This document shows, one piece after another, positions 23,214 through 34,944 of a stretch of DNA of 55,478 bases (its first letter is position 1; each line of letters begins with the position of its first letter). The DNA is taken from assembly GCF_004010195.1 (NCBI RefSeq), contig NC_057753.1, positions 13,505,979 to 13,561,456 of the forward strand, read 5' to 3'. Source of the stretch: Chiloscyllium plagiosum. Its lineage: Eukaryota. The notes beneath the pieces were generated by a model. The model saw only the letters and a program-made list of their open reading frames with translations. It searched no databases and had not been told where the DNA came from. A program made the position numbers and the translations under genes.

Positions 23214-23252
23214 CACAGTGTTACAAACAGAGGGAGAGTCTGGACAAAAACC
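23214..23252 (+). other. Consensus 23-RSS of V2B
   Basis: CACAGTG (23214-23220), 23 nt, ACAAAAACC (23244-23252). Confidence 0.97.
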
Positions 23253-24184
23253 TATACCAAGTTGGCGGGTCGCAGTACTGAGAATCAATGTTATTATTTC
23301 AGGGCTCTATAATTTGATGTTGAGAGGAATGTGGTAACAAAGAAAAAGAGATCATATAGCCGAGCAAGACGTAAAGAGTGGAAGAAGTGAAGAGAAATGG
23401 AAATCTGGGCAAGCATACTCACATTTGCTAACATCGGTGAAATAAAAGAAGAGAGAAAGCGCAGAAATAACGTAACAATTCATTTTCACATCATTCACAT
23501 TTCATTAACAGTTACACAATCCTGTCATCTCAAAAATGAATCCAAAAAGCTAATCATTCGATATCATCCCATTGATTGAGTTGTTCATTTCCTTGTGGAG
23601 CAAGGAAGTATCTTTTAGATATCCCGCCAGAGGAAGCTGGCGGGATATCTAAACTCTTTATGCCTTTCTTCCACTCTTTGTGCCATCCTCCTCACTTGCC
23701 TTGCCATTTCGTTTTGTGTCTGGCAAAATACATTCTCTTCTGTCAAGATTTGTATTAATGCGTACCTCTGCTCTCTCGCCATTCCCATGCAGACTTTTAG
23801 AGAAAGTGAATCATCGTGTCTTTCTTTTAAATATCAATTATGGAATTTGGGTGCCGCATGCATTTCTGGCGTTCACCACTAATAAGCCTTGAAAATGTGG
23901 CATTGAATCATTTTCTCTAGGTGCTGCAATGTATCCGGTATAGATATGGAACAAATGTAAAATTAAAGGAATGTCGATAGCTATGAATCTTATCAGAAAA
24001 TTCAGCTAAATCAACATTCCACTCTACCATTTAAGTAACTGAAAATGTAGCTTTTTTAAAAAAATTGATATCATCACTGTCTCCAAATGCCGCATACACA
24101 CTGGCCTTCAGCTAAAGTAAGTTTTCAAAACGTCAGAGAGCCGTTCTGTTAACTGGGGAACTCCAGTTCTGATACTCCAACAAC

Positions 24185-24698
24185 ACATTTTAAAGTCACA
24201 CAACACCAAGTTATAGCCTAACAGGTTTACTTGGAAGCACTAGCTTTCTGAGCGCTGTCTTTCATCAGGTGGTTGTGGAGTATAAGTTCGTAAGGTACAG
24301 AATTTATAGCAAAAGTTTCCAGTGTGATGTAACTGAAATCATGTATTGATAAAAGACCTGGATTGTTTGTTAAGTCTCTCACCTTTTAGAATGAACATGT
24401 TGGTTTTAGTTCTCTCATTTGTGAATCGCAGTATTTTTTTAAAGTTACATTCTCAAGTGAACGTTAACAATTGGTACCATGTCGGCCCAATACCTTTTTC
24501 AATACATAATTTCAGTTACGTCACACTGTAACCTTTTGCTATAAACTCTGTGTCTTACGATCTTATACTCCACAACCCCCTGATGAAGGAGCAGCGCACC
24601 AAAAGCCAGTGATTCCAAATAAACCTGTTGGGCTACAACCTGGTGTTGTGTGATTTATAACTTTGTGCAACCTGGTCCAACACCGGCATCTCCACATC
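24185..24698. mobile_element. Palindromic Penelope-derived element P1 (copy-B-specific)
   Basis: Arms ~24190-24345 and ~24505-24662 are inverted repeats, each with a degenerate hammerhead core (minus 24238-24271, plus 24577-24611). A ~35-nt tail is present on the right only. Empty site in copy A near 8770. Confidence 0.8.
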
Positions 24699-25035
24699 GA
24701 ACAATGTGAACTGTGCTCCTTCTCTGACTTCGCCTGCGGACAAATAAAGCTGTCAAACGTCAATGTTCGTTTAAAGTCCCTGTAAAACCCCGTTGTCTGG
24801 TGAATAATTTCATCGAGTTCCTTTCTCTTGCGGTCACCTGAAATGAAGTTCAAGGTGCTTGAAGCTGATTGGTTGAATTGAAGAACAAAGGCGTTTGAAA
24901 CTCATTGGTTGCCACCTGATGCCTTTGTCAACAATGAACCAATGGGCAGAGATCCGGAAATGTTAGCAATTCTTGAGTGAAATTATTTTAGCTTCGCCCA
25001 CTTCTGCTCACATTCAGTGTGACCTCTCTTTAACA

Positions 25036-25087
25036 ATGTCGCCAGGATCAATATGTTTATTCCTCGCAGCTGCAGCTGTTCTAACGG
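25036..25087 (+). CDS. Leader exon of V3B
   Basis: MSPGSICLFLAAAAVLT plus G. Donor GTAGGT at 25088 and a 738-nt intron to ttttgcag ending at 25825. Confidence 0.85.
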
Positions 25088-25825
25088 GTAGGTTTGATAC
25101 TTTCAGGATCTTTCTGCTTCAGATCAGCAGCGGCAATTACATTTAACCCGCAGTTCATTCAACACAGAGGGCACCGATACATCCTCTCCAAATGAAAATA
25201 TTCATGTGGAGCCAAACTTTTCCAACCTCAGCACTGTTTGGGATGAGTTAGCGAACGTCCCCGGGTGAAAGTCAGTGGAGGAGTTAGGCTGGGAGTTAAG
25301 CAGGGCTGGACCCATTCAGATACTTTGACAGAGTTGAGAGCTTTAAACTTACTTACGGTCTGCAGTTTTTCCCTTCGGGATCGGGAACGAAACGGAAAAT
25401 GACCTTGCTAGACGGTGTGATCTGTTTATTGAAGGAGGTTTTATTTAATCTGACAAAGCCGTTTGCCAACACATCTGCTGAGTTGCATTAAATTAATTCC
25501 TGTTTATCTTCCCTAACTTATTTCTCAGGTAATTGTTCAAGGTGACAGGATGACTGTGGCATAAGAATAATGAAGTGTTTTCTGTAATTTCTGGATTCTC
25601 CTGGAGTCTCTAACTTCAAGTGCTGATCTTGCTAATGCTGACCTTTGCGACATAACCTGTATGCCTCTGTCTAAGTTTGTTCTTCCCATTCGATGACCTG
25701 TAAATCCTTTCTTACTATGATCTGCCTATACCGCTCGTAAACAAAGCTTTTCACTGCGCTGAGGTTCACGTGTGAATAAGTCGATCAATTAACCGGTCAA
25801 ATAAATTGTTCAATCAATTTTGCAG

Positions 25826-26129
25826 GACTTGGTCGAGGAGATTCTGTCTCACAGACACCGGCTTCGATCGCAGTGAATGAGGGGGACAGTGTCCAGTTGT
25901 CCTGTAATTATACTACAACAAGCAGCACTCCGGGCCTTTACTGGTACCGTCAACATTCCAGTGGCTCCATGGAGTTTCTGCTAAAGAGAAACAAATTTGA
26001 CGGGAACGCAGAGAAGTTTCACGGAGACCGGTTATCCTCAGAACTCGACCATGTGAACAGCACCATCAAGCTGAAAGTGGTGAAAACAGAACTGGCAGAC
26101 TCTGCAGTGTACAACTGCGCACTGAGCCC
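25826..26129 (+). CDS. TCR V segment 3B, V exon (ORF; YYC changed to YNC)
   Basis: (G)LGRGDSVSQTPASIAVNEGDSVQLSCNYTTTSSTPGLYWYRQHSSGSMEFLLKRNKFDGNAEKFHGDRLSSELDHVNSTIKLKVVKTELADSAVYNCALSP. Both Cys and the Trp are intact. Confidence 0.9.
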
Positions 26130-26168
26130 CACGGAGTCTCAGTACTGGGCTGACCCTGTACAAAAACT
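26130..26168 (+). other. 23-RSS of V3B (non-consensus heptamer)
   Basis: CACGGAG (26130-26136), 23 nt, ACAAAAACT (26160-26168). Confidence 0.88.
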
Positions 26169-26437
26169 GTCAGGGAGTCACTGAACATGACAGTGTGTCC
26201 GGCAAACGGTGAGATCAGGAGAGGATCTGAAAGGGTTCGCAAATTCACGGTGATATCTGATAGTTTTGATTTGAATACAAAACTTTATTCGTTATAAATA
26301 TATTATTGAAATAAACTAAAACTGTCAGTTTTAGTGAATGAAAAGTGAACTCATGGTTTCATGTCTTTTGAAATGTAACAAAGTGTTCTGTGTTTACAAC
26401 TATGAGCGATGTAGAAAATACAGCAGCTCGTTACTTT

Positions 26438-26688
26438 GGGCGGCACGGTGGCACAGTGGTCGGCACTGCTGCCTCACAGCGCCAGAGACCCGGGTTCAAT
26501 TCCCGCCTCAGGCGACTGACTGTGTGGAGTTTGCACTTTCGCAAAGTCACAAAGATGCCCAGGTTGGCCATGCTAAATTGCCCGTAGTGTTAGGTAAATG
26601 TAGGGTAATGGGTGGGTTGCGCCTCGGCGGGTCGGTGTGGACTTGTTGGGCCGAAGGGCCTGTTTCCACACCGAAAGTAATCTAATCA
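26438..26688 (+). mobile_element. V-SINE (HE1-like), internally deleted, copy-B-specific
   Basis: GGGCGGCACGGTGGCACAGTGG head and TAATC tail. GTTAC lies on both sides (26430-26434, 26689-26693). Empty site in copy A near 10485. Confidence 0.88.
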
Positions 26689-28499
26689 GTTACGTCCAAC
26701 AAAATCAGTGCTGTTAGCATTTTGACTCAGCGACACTGAAAGAATATATTCAAGGTGAGATATTGATTTACTTTGAGAGAAAGTTACATGTAGTATTGTA
26801 ATCCTGATGTTTGGAATTTTCAAATCGATTTAGTTTATTCTTGGATATATAACTCTTCTAGGACTCTGCTCATCTAACGGTCTGGACACTTATCAGTGAC
26901 TGCAGTGAGGTTTCCCTTGTGGGTCAGTAAACAAATGGACTGACACTGATTCAAAAACGGGGGTTGCTGGAAAAGCTCAGCAGGTCTGGTGGCAACTGTG
27001 CAGAGAAATCAAAGTTTACATTTTGTGTCCCGTGCCCCTTCCTCAGAACTGAAACAACATTTTCAATACAGCCCCTCTTTGAAGACATTACTTGACTGGT
27101 GTTGAGAGGAGCACTACCATGCATCCATGGTCCACCTGTATCACCGGACACTGCCCTTGAACCAGCTGCTGAGGGGTTGAGACTGTCGTACACCTCCTGA
27201 GGGAAATTAGCCTTTGCCAAGTAAGTTTGGAGGAAAATACAATGGTTTTTGTTGAGGTTCCTCCTGGGCAGCTCCATGTAGTCTACAGTCCGTTCCCTAG
27301 GAAAGACACCTTTACAAGCATCAACTACATCTTGAGGACCATTGAAAAAACATTGAAAGACTCTCTTTCATCTGCCCGAGCATTGTTCGTCTTCCAGAAC
27401 AAGGAGTTAACTCCAATCCAAATTTTTTTCGGATGCTGCCTGAACTGCTGTGCTCTTCCAGCACCACCAATCCAAAATCTGGTTTCCAGCACCTGCAGTC
27501 ATTGTTTTTACCTATCCAATCGAGTGTTGCAGGTTGACATATTCCAATGACCAGGACTTTATGCTGAGGTCCACATCAAAGTTTGGGGCAGCTACTGCCA
27601 ACACAGAGTGGGGAAAGACCACCGTCTGAGGCCTTCCTGTTGAAGGTAAATGGGGGTCAATTCAAATATTGGACTCTCTTAGTGTGTCAAAAATATATAA
27701 ATAAAAGTAATGCTTGTGCAAGAGAGATCTTTGGTTTTGTGGAGGATCAAACTCGAACGTTCTTTGTGTTTACTTGATATGCAACTGTGCAGAACTGAGC
27801 AGTTTTTTTGGTTGAATGTATATTCACAAAGAGATTTGTTTTATGAATAAACTATATTTTTTGAGATTAAAAGAAGTTTAACCGAGGCATGATTGTTGCT
27901 TATGGAAAACTTCACCCAATACCCTGCTGTGGCGACTTGAGATAAAGTCAAAAGTGTGGCACTGGAAAATCACAGCAGATCCAAGCATCCAAGGATCAGG
28001 AGAGTCGATGTTTTGAGCTTAAGCTCTTCGTCAGGAATGATGCAGTCCTCACTTTCTCCCTCCGACTTTGAAATAAAGTCAATCATAACAATTTTTCAAG
28101 GTCTCTGCAAAGACTGCTTTGTGTTCACACAAAAAATGAAGTTAAATCATAAAGTGCATAGGAATGGTACGACGATGCAATCGTTGAGAAATGTGAAATA
28201 AAATCAGAAACAGCGACTGAGCTTCAACAGATCTGGCAATATATCTGTCAAGAGAGAAATAGTGTTAACTTTTCGAGTCTGATATGACTCCTGTACAGAA
28301 CGTTTCATTTGAGCGACGTGTTCTCAGCTTTTGTCACAATGGTTGAGAGAATGCACTGTTAACACCAATATTTCCCATGCTACTGAGGTGCACTGGTGAA
28401 AATCGATTCTGTATAACGTGATCTCCCAATATTCAGTGTACAGGTGCAAACTGAAAGCCAATGGCATGACATTGACAATCCCAATTTTATTGTTCCTTT

Positions 28500-30115
28500 C
28501 ACCAGTCTAAACTGTCTGTCTCTGAAAGGACTGTATTTTACTCTTTCAGGTCTAACCCCAACTTTGTTATCAAATCTTTCGATAAAGATAGTGCCAGCGT
28601 TGTCTGGTGCACCCTTATGTATTGTGTGGAGGACCAATGCAATTTGCAGAGAATTCTTCCCATCCTCCCCATGCACCTCCCCACATCCAGACACCAAACC
28701 ATTGTTGCCAAAACTGTCCCCTCCCTCATTACCTCTGGAGACTAACCCCCCTCACGGTTTCCACCCGGATAGCCTTCCAACTCCCGACATCCAGCTTTTA
28801 TCTGCTTCACAAAATCCACAAACCAAACTTCCCAAGTAGGACCATCGAATCAGACTCTTCCTGCGCATACCAAGCTAATTTCCTCATACCTTGACTCCAT
28901 CTTCTCTCAACTTGTCCAGACCTTGCCAACCAACATCCATGATTCCACTAATGCCCTCTGCTATAATGACAATTTCCAGTTCCCTGTCTCTAACTGTCTC
29001 CTCTTCACCATTCATGTCCAATCTCTCTATACCTCCATTTGCCATAAGGATGATCTGAGAGCCTTCGGCTTCTCTCTCGACCACATGCTGAATAATTTCC
29101 ATCCATCACCACTCTCCTCTGCTTGGCTGCAAGTTTTCTCTCACTGAACAACTTCTCCTTTAATTTATCTCACTTCTGCCAAGTGAAATGAGTGGCCATG
29201 GGCCCCGCATGGGTCCCAGTCGCACCTGCCTCTTTGTGATGTACTTGGAATAATCCTTATTCCAGTCCGACACTAGCCCAGATGTACAAATGTCACTTCG
29301 ATACATCGACGGCTCCTTATGGGCGGCACAGTGGTTAGCACTGCTGCCTCACAGTGCCAGAGACCTGGGTTCAATTCCCGCCTCAGGCAACTGTCTGTGT
29401 GTAGTTTGCACATTCTCCCTGTGTCTGTGTGGGTTTCCTCCCACAGTCCAAAAATGTGCAGGTTAGGTGAATTGCCCATGCTAAACTGCCTGTAGTGTTA
29501 GGTGAAGGGGTAAATGTAGGGGGATGGGCTGCTGTTCGGAGGGTCAGTGTGGACTTGTTGGGTTGAAGGGCCTGTTTCCACAGTGTAAGTAATCTAATCT
29601 AATCAAAGTACCACTTCGTGCTCCAGCCTGGATCTTGAGAAATTTGATAATTCTGCTTTCAATTTACACACCTCTATAACTTTCACATCATCCATTTCCT
29701 TTCCTTCCCTTGACCTCTCCAATTCCATTTCAGAAAATAACCTGCACACTGTCATTCACTACAAAACCAGTGACTCACATAGCTACCTTCACCTCAGCTC
29801 TTCGCACACCGCGTCCTGTTAGGAGTCCATTCCATTCTCCCAGTTCCTTCACCAGCGTCGTATCTCATTGGAAGATGCCACCTTTGTAAACAACGCTACT
29901 GACATGGTTTTCTTCTTCCATTACCGCAATTTTCCACTTATAGTAGTTGACAGGACTCCCGACTTTTCAGCCGTGTTTTTTTCTTGCTCCTTCTCATCAC
30001 TCACAATAGCATGATTGGGCCCCCTTCTCATCCAACAATTCTTTCCATTCAAAGGATCAATCTCCTCCATTTCAGTAGAACACCACTAACAAGAACACAT
30101 CTTCCTCTCACTCCC
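28500..30115 (+). mobile_element. Penelope-like element, degenerate RT portion
   Basis: SFYLLHKIHKPN, LFTIHVQSLYTSI, VAMG..MGP and DSHSYL-like motifs across frames. Continues at 32716 after nested insertions. Confidence 0.78.
29321..29603 (+). mobile_element. V-SINE (HE1-like) inserted in the PLE
   Basis: GGGCGGCACAGTGGTTAGCACTGCTGCCTCACAG head and (TAATC)n tail. Confidence 0.88.
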
Positions 30116-30124
30116 CATCTGAAT

Positions 30125-32715
30125 TTTGACTGATTGACTGATTGTCAAAAGGTACTGAGGTACAATAAAAAGCTTGGTTTACGAGCAGTACCAGCATATC
30201 ATAGTAAGCACAGATGTACAGATCAAAAAGACTTAGACAGAGGCATACAAGTTACATTGAACACAGCATGCGCTGTGCAAGATCAGCATTAGTAGGATCT
30301 GCATTATTTCAGGTTAGAGAGTCACAGAGTCATAGAGAGGTACGGCCCGGAAACAGACCCTGTAATCCAACTTGTCCATGCCGACCAGATAGCCCTACCC
30401 AATCTAGTCCCACTTGCCAGCACCTGGCCCATATCCCTCCAAATCCTTCCTATTCATATGCCCATCCTGTTGCCGTTTAAATGTTGCAATTGTACCAGCC
30501 TCCATCACTTCCTCTAGCAGCTCATTCCAAACACGTCTCTTTTATATCTTTCCCCTCTCACCTAAAACCTATGTCTTCTAGTTCTGGATTCCCCACCCCA
30601 GGGAAAAGACTATGTCTATTTATCCTATCCATGCCCCTCATGATTTTATAAACCTCTATAAGGTCACGCCTCAACCTCTGCGCTCCAGGAAAAACAAGCC
30701 CAGCCTATTCAACCTCTCCCAGTAACTCAAATCCTCCAACTCTGGCAACATCCTTGTAAATGTTTTTGAACCCTTTCAAGTTTTGCAACATCTTTCTGAT
30801 AGGAAGGAAACCAGAATTGCATGCAATATTCCACAGTGGCCTAACCAATGTCCTGCCAACTCCTGTACTCAATATGGAAAACGCCTTATTCACTATCCTA
30901 TCTTCCTGCAAATCCATATTCAAGGAGCTATGAACCTGCACTCCAAGGTCTCTTCGTTCAGCAACACTGCCTCAGACCTTACCATTAAGTGTATAAGTCC
31001 TGCTAAGATTTGCTTTCCTAGAATGCAGCACCTTGCATTTATTTGAATTAAACTCTATCTGCCACTTCTCAGTCCATTTCATCCATCAGTCTAATAATGA
31101 CCGGGAAGAAGCTGTTCCTGAACCAGCTGGCGGGTGAACTCAGGCTTCTCTATCTTCTGCCTGATGGAAGTGGTTGTAGAAGTTCATTACTGGGGTGTAT
31201 TGTGCCATTGATGATGTTCAATATAGTTTATGGATGGAAAGTTGGCCTCCATGATGTTCTGGACTGTGCACTTCACCTTCTGTAGTTTCTTATGATCCTG
31301 GGCAGAGCAGTTGCCATACCAGACCATTATGCACCCGGGCATAAGGTTCTCAATGGTACATCTGTCGACGTAGGTAATGGTTTTTATGGGATATGCCAGA
31401 TTTCCTAAGTTGCCTGAGGCAGAAAAGGCATGGTCGTGGCTTCTTGACTGTCGCATCCACATGGGAAACCCAGTAGAGGATGTCTGTTATCATCTCTCTG
31501 AGGAACCTGACACTCTCCACCCTCTCAACATCAGTTCTGTTGATGTAAATGGAGGCTTGTTCTGCCCCTTTTTCTCTGAAGTCAATGGTCATTTCTTTAG
31601 TTTTGTTGACATTGAGAGAAAGGTTGTTCTCATTGCACCATAAGCCTTCTATCTCCCTTTTGCATTTTGACTCATCATTGTTAGATATCCGTTGCACTAT
31701 TGTTTTGTTGTCCATGAATTGTGGATGGCGTTGGTTTGGCAACACAGTTGTGGTGCACAGGGAGTACACCAAGGGACTGAAGACGCATCCTTGGAAGGTG
31801 GCTCCAGTGTTGAGTTGTTATTGTAGGTGAGTTTCAGCTACCTATAATCATGGATTTCAGCCAGTGGGTCAGAAAGCCGAAGATCCAGATGTGGAGGGTG
31901 GAGCCAAGACCTAGGTCGCGGAGATTTAGGAACATTTCAGAGGGGTGTTTGAAGGTGGAGCATCAATCAATGTGCAGGAGTTGGACGTAAGAATTTTTGT
32001 TGTCCAGATGTTCTAGGGATGAGTGCCGGGATCGGAAGATAGCAGATGCTGTGGACCTGTTGAACCAGTAGGCAAATTGTGGGGGATCAAGTCAGCCTGT
32101 GAGACTGGGCTCGATGTGGGCCATGACCAGCCTCTGGAAGCACTTCATGATTATTGCAGTCAGAACCACTGGGCAGTCATCATTCAGGCACATTGCATGT
32201 GTTTTCTTAGGTATGGGGATTATGGTGGCCTTCTTAAAGTAGGTGGGGGCTTCACCTTTTAGGAGGGAGAGGTTGATGATGTTTATAAATACCTCCACCA
32301 GCTAGACAGCGCAGGAGCTGAGTGCTCGGCCAAGGACACAATCCATGCCTGTCATTTCCTTGCATTGACCTCAGGAAGACTGATCTGATAACCGCAGCGG
32401 TGACCAATAGAACAGATCTGGCCGGGCAGGTGTCACTATCCCGCTGGCATTCTGCTCAGACTGAATAAAGAAAGCATTGAGCGGGTCAGGGAGGGATGTG
32501 GCTTTGTCTGCTATCTTGCTCTGCTTCATTTCATATCCTATAATTTTGTTTACACCTCGCCTTAGGCAGCAGGATTTGATTTGGTTCATTTGGTCCTCTA
32601 TCATGATCTGGTGTTGCCTCTTGGCAATGCTGGCGGCTTTCTGAAGGTCATATCTTTATTCCCTGTATTTTTCTGGGTCATCTGACTTGAATGCTGCACG
32701 TCTGACCTTCAGTAG
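30125..32715 (-). mobile_element. Rex1/Babar-like non-LTR element, degenerate, interrupted by a CR1
   Basis: Minus-strand PTYFKKATIIPIPKK..CLND..PVVLTAIIMKCFQRL, NNLSLNVNKTKEMTIDFR, and CTIENLMPGCIMVWYGNC. Confidence 0.7.
30325..31075 (-). mobile_element. CR1 3' fragment nested in the Rex/Babar-like element
   Basis: Reverse complement of the CR1 3' end seen at 17430-17870 and 38480-39285, including the GAGTCATAGAG tail. Confidence 0.8.
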
Positions 32716-33570
32716 GGTGTGGATTTCCTGGTTCAACCTATTTCACAGGGATCATTCCCTCCAACACACCCCTTTCCGTTTGTTAATTACCAACACTACC
32801 CAGCCTTCCACAGCACCTTCCCATGTAACCACAGAACGTGCAACTCTTACCCCCTCACTTTTTCCCTACTCACCATCCAAGAGCCTAAACAGTTTTTACA
32901 GGTGAAGCAGTATTTCACCTGTACCTCCTCCAAACTTGTGTATTGCATTTGCTGCAGCCAATGTGGTCTACTCTACATTGGAGAAATGGCATGCAGACTG
33001 GGTGACTACTTTACAGAACACCTCTTGTCTGTGCGCAAGCATGACCCCAACCTTCCTGTAGCTGACCATTTTAGCACAGCATCCTGCTCGCATGCCCACA
33101 TGTCTGTCCTTGGCATGCTGCAGTGCACCAGTGAATCGCAGTGAAAACTTGCGGAATGACATCTCATCTTCAGACGAGGCACTTCACAATCTTCCAGACT
33201 CAATACTGAGTTAAACACCTTCAAGTTGCGAACCAACTCCCATCTCTTCGATTTCTATTAGCTTTACTTGTTATAATTCTCCAATTTCTTCCCTTTTTAT
33301 CTTTACTAGTTACATTTTCTGTTACCATGCCCTCTCTCCCCTCCGTCCCAAACCACCCCACTCGGACATGCTTGCTCTTTCAAATCTGGCAGATAGACAC
33401 ACCATTGTTCTGCCAATTTCACATTCGACTCAGTTGATCTGACATGTCAACATCTTTTCTCCGCCAACACCCTACACTCCCCCCCCCCCAAAACTTCACT
33501 TCAGTTCTGATAAAGTGTCATCTCGACTCAAGATGTTAGCTCTCCATGGATGCTGTCTGACCCGTAGTGA
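32716..33570 (+). mobile_element. Penelope-like element, GIY-YIG endonuclease and 3' end
   Basis: FTCTSSKLVYCICCSQCGLLYIGE...RL...FTEHL...PVADHF (32719-33144). Decayed hammerhead/pLTR at ~33505-33570. Confidence 0.85.
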
Positions 33571-33876
33571 TTAGATTAAATTAGATTCCCTACAGTATGG
33601 AAACAGGCCCAACACATCCGCACTGACCTTCCGTAGAGTAACCCACCTAGACCTATTTCCCTCTGACTATGGCACCTCACACTATGGGCAGTTTAACATG
33701 GTCAATTCACCTGACCTGCACGTCTTAGGACTGTGGGAGGAAAAGGTAGCACCCAGAGGAAACTCACGCAGACACAGGGAGAAGGTGCAAACTCCACACA
33801 GACAGTCGCCCGAGGTTGGAATCGAACCTGGGTCCCCAGCACTATGAGGCAGTAGTGCTAACCACTGAGCCACCAG
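33571..33876 (-). mobile_element. V-SINE (HE1-like)
   Basis: Minus-strand head TGGTGGCTCAGTGGTTAGCACT with a B-box-like GGTTCGATTCC. The tail reads (GATTA)n on the plus strand. Confidence 0.87.
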
Positions 33877-34741
33877 CGTGAGATTTCCTCCTATTCGCAA
33901 ATCTGGGAGCAAACCAATGTCTTCACCTTTCCACTTCATTTCTCATTCTGGGAGGGACAGGGAATACTGTTCATGTGCAACAATAGAAGGGAAGGTGCAA
34001 AGTCTGGAAATGTTGGTTCTGGTATGTCTCTTATATTTATTATAATTATTTGTTCTCTCAGCTTCGCTCATTTACTTGCCTGCCTAAAAGTGTGGCATCG
34101 TTCTTCATTACAGGATTTCTATCAGAGATAATCAGGATTTAAGGTGCAGTAAGTTAGAAATAACACACTGCATATAAAAAAAGATATATGGTGCACTTAT
34201 CTATGCATATACATTTGTGTGGGAGCCAGCATGAATATTTTCACACCTATGCGTCTTGGACAGCAAGAACTGAGCAGTTGCAATGAAACAATTGCAGATG
34301 CTGGAAATCAGAAACAAAAACAGCAATTTCTGGAAAGGTTTAGCAGGTCTGGCAGCATCTGCGAACTAAAATCAAAGTTTCAGATCCAGTGATCCTTCCT
34401 CAGAATTGAGTACTGAGCAGAGATATGTGTGAGCAACATGATTTTTTTTTGCCTACTGGTGAATGAGTACGAGAAAAAAAGGCAGAGAATGTGGGATGGT
34501 GACTTTCAGCATTTGGAATCAAACACAGGTTAAGCAAAGGGATTAATCGAGTGCATTTTCTAAATGGGTGCTCACATCTGACCAACTTGATTTAATTTTT
34601 TTTGGTGAGCTATCCAGTTGTGTCAACGAGGTCGACATTTTTAAGGAAGTCTCTTTGGACATCAGCAATGCATTTGGGATGGTTCTGCATGGAAAATAGA
34701 TGATAAAGGTAAGAACCCATGGGATGTATTGACATTTGGCA

Positions 34742-34944
34742 TGGTTTGGAGATGCTGGTGTTGGACTGGGGTGTACAAAGTTTAAACAAATCACACAACA
34801 CCAGGTTATAGTCCAACAGGTTTAATTAGAAACAGTAGCTTTCAGAGATAAACCTTCTGACATAGGAGCAGAGCTCCAAAAGCTAGTGCTTCTAATTAAA
34901 CATGGTGGACTATAACCGTGTGTTGTGTGATTTGTATCTTTGAA
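34742..34944. mobile_element. Palindromic Penelope-derived element P2
   Basis: Inverted arms ~34785-34845 and ~34875-34935 with hammerhead remnants. Tail on the left. 8-bp TSD ATTTGGCA at 34734-34741 and 34945-34952, inside an older CR1 RT fragment. Confidence 0.8.

Larger units (their letters stand above)
11478..27161 (+). repeat. Segmental tandem duplication, copy B
   Basis: Starts TTGGGCATGAAT (copy A starts TTGTGCATGAAT at 1299) and ends ...CACTGCCCTTGAA as copy A does. Longer than A mainly because of ~5.5 kb at 12740-18285 that includes a CR1. Confidence 0.92.

Noticed and set aside
23214-23337. C-terminal extension of the 153-aa ORF past the V2B domain
   Set aside because: Read-through of the RSS and flank. 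Copy A stops right after the heptamer. There is no FGxG motif, so it is not a germline-joined J.
7343-26168. Possibility that these are IgH-like, IgNAR/NAR-TCR or light-chain V segments
   Set aside because: No D, J or C within the short distances expected for shark Ig clusters or NAR-TCR V-D-J units, no NAR-type deletion of the CDR2 region, no promoter octamer, and each V has its own leader. The sequences look TRAV/TRDV-like by eye. A BLAST search is still needed for family assignment.
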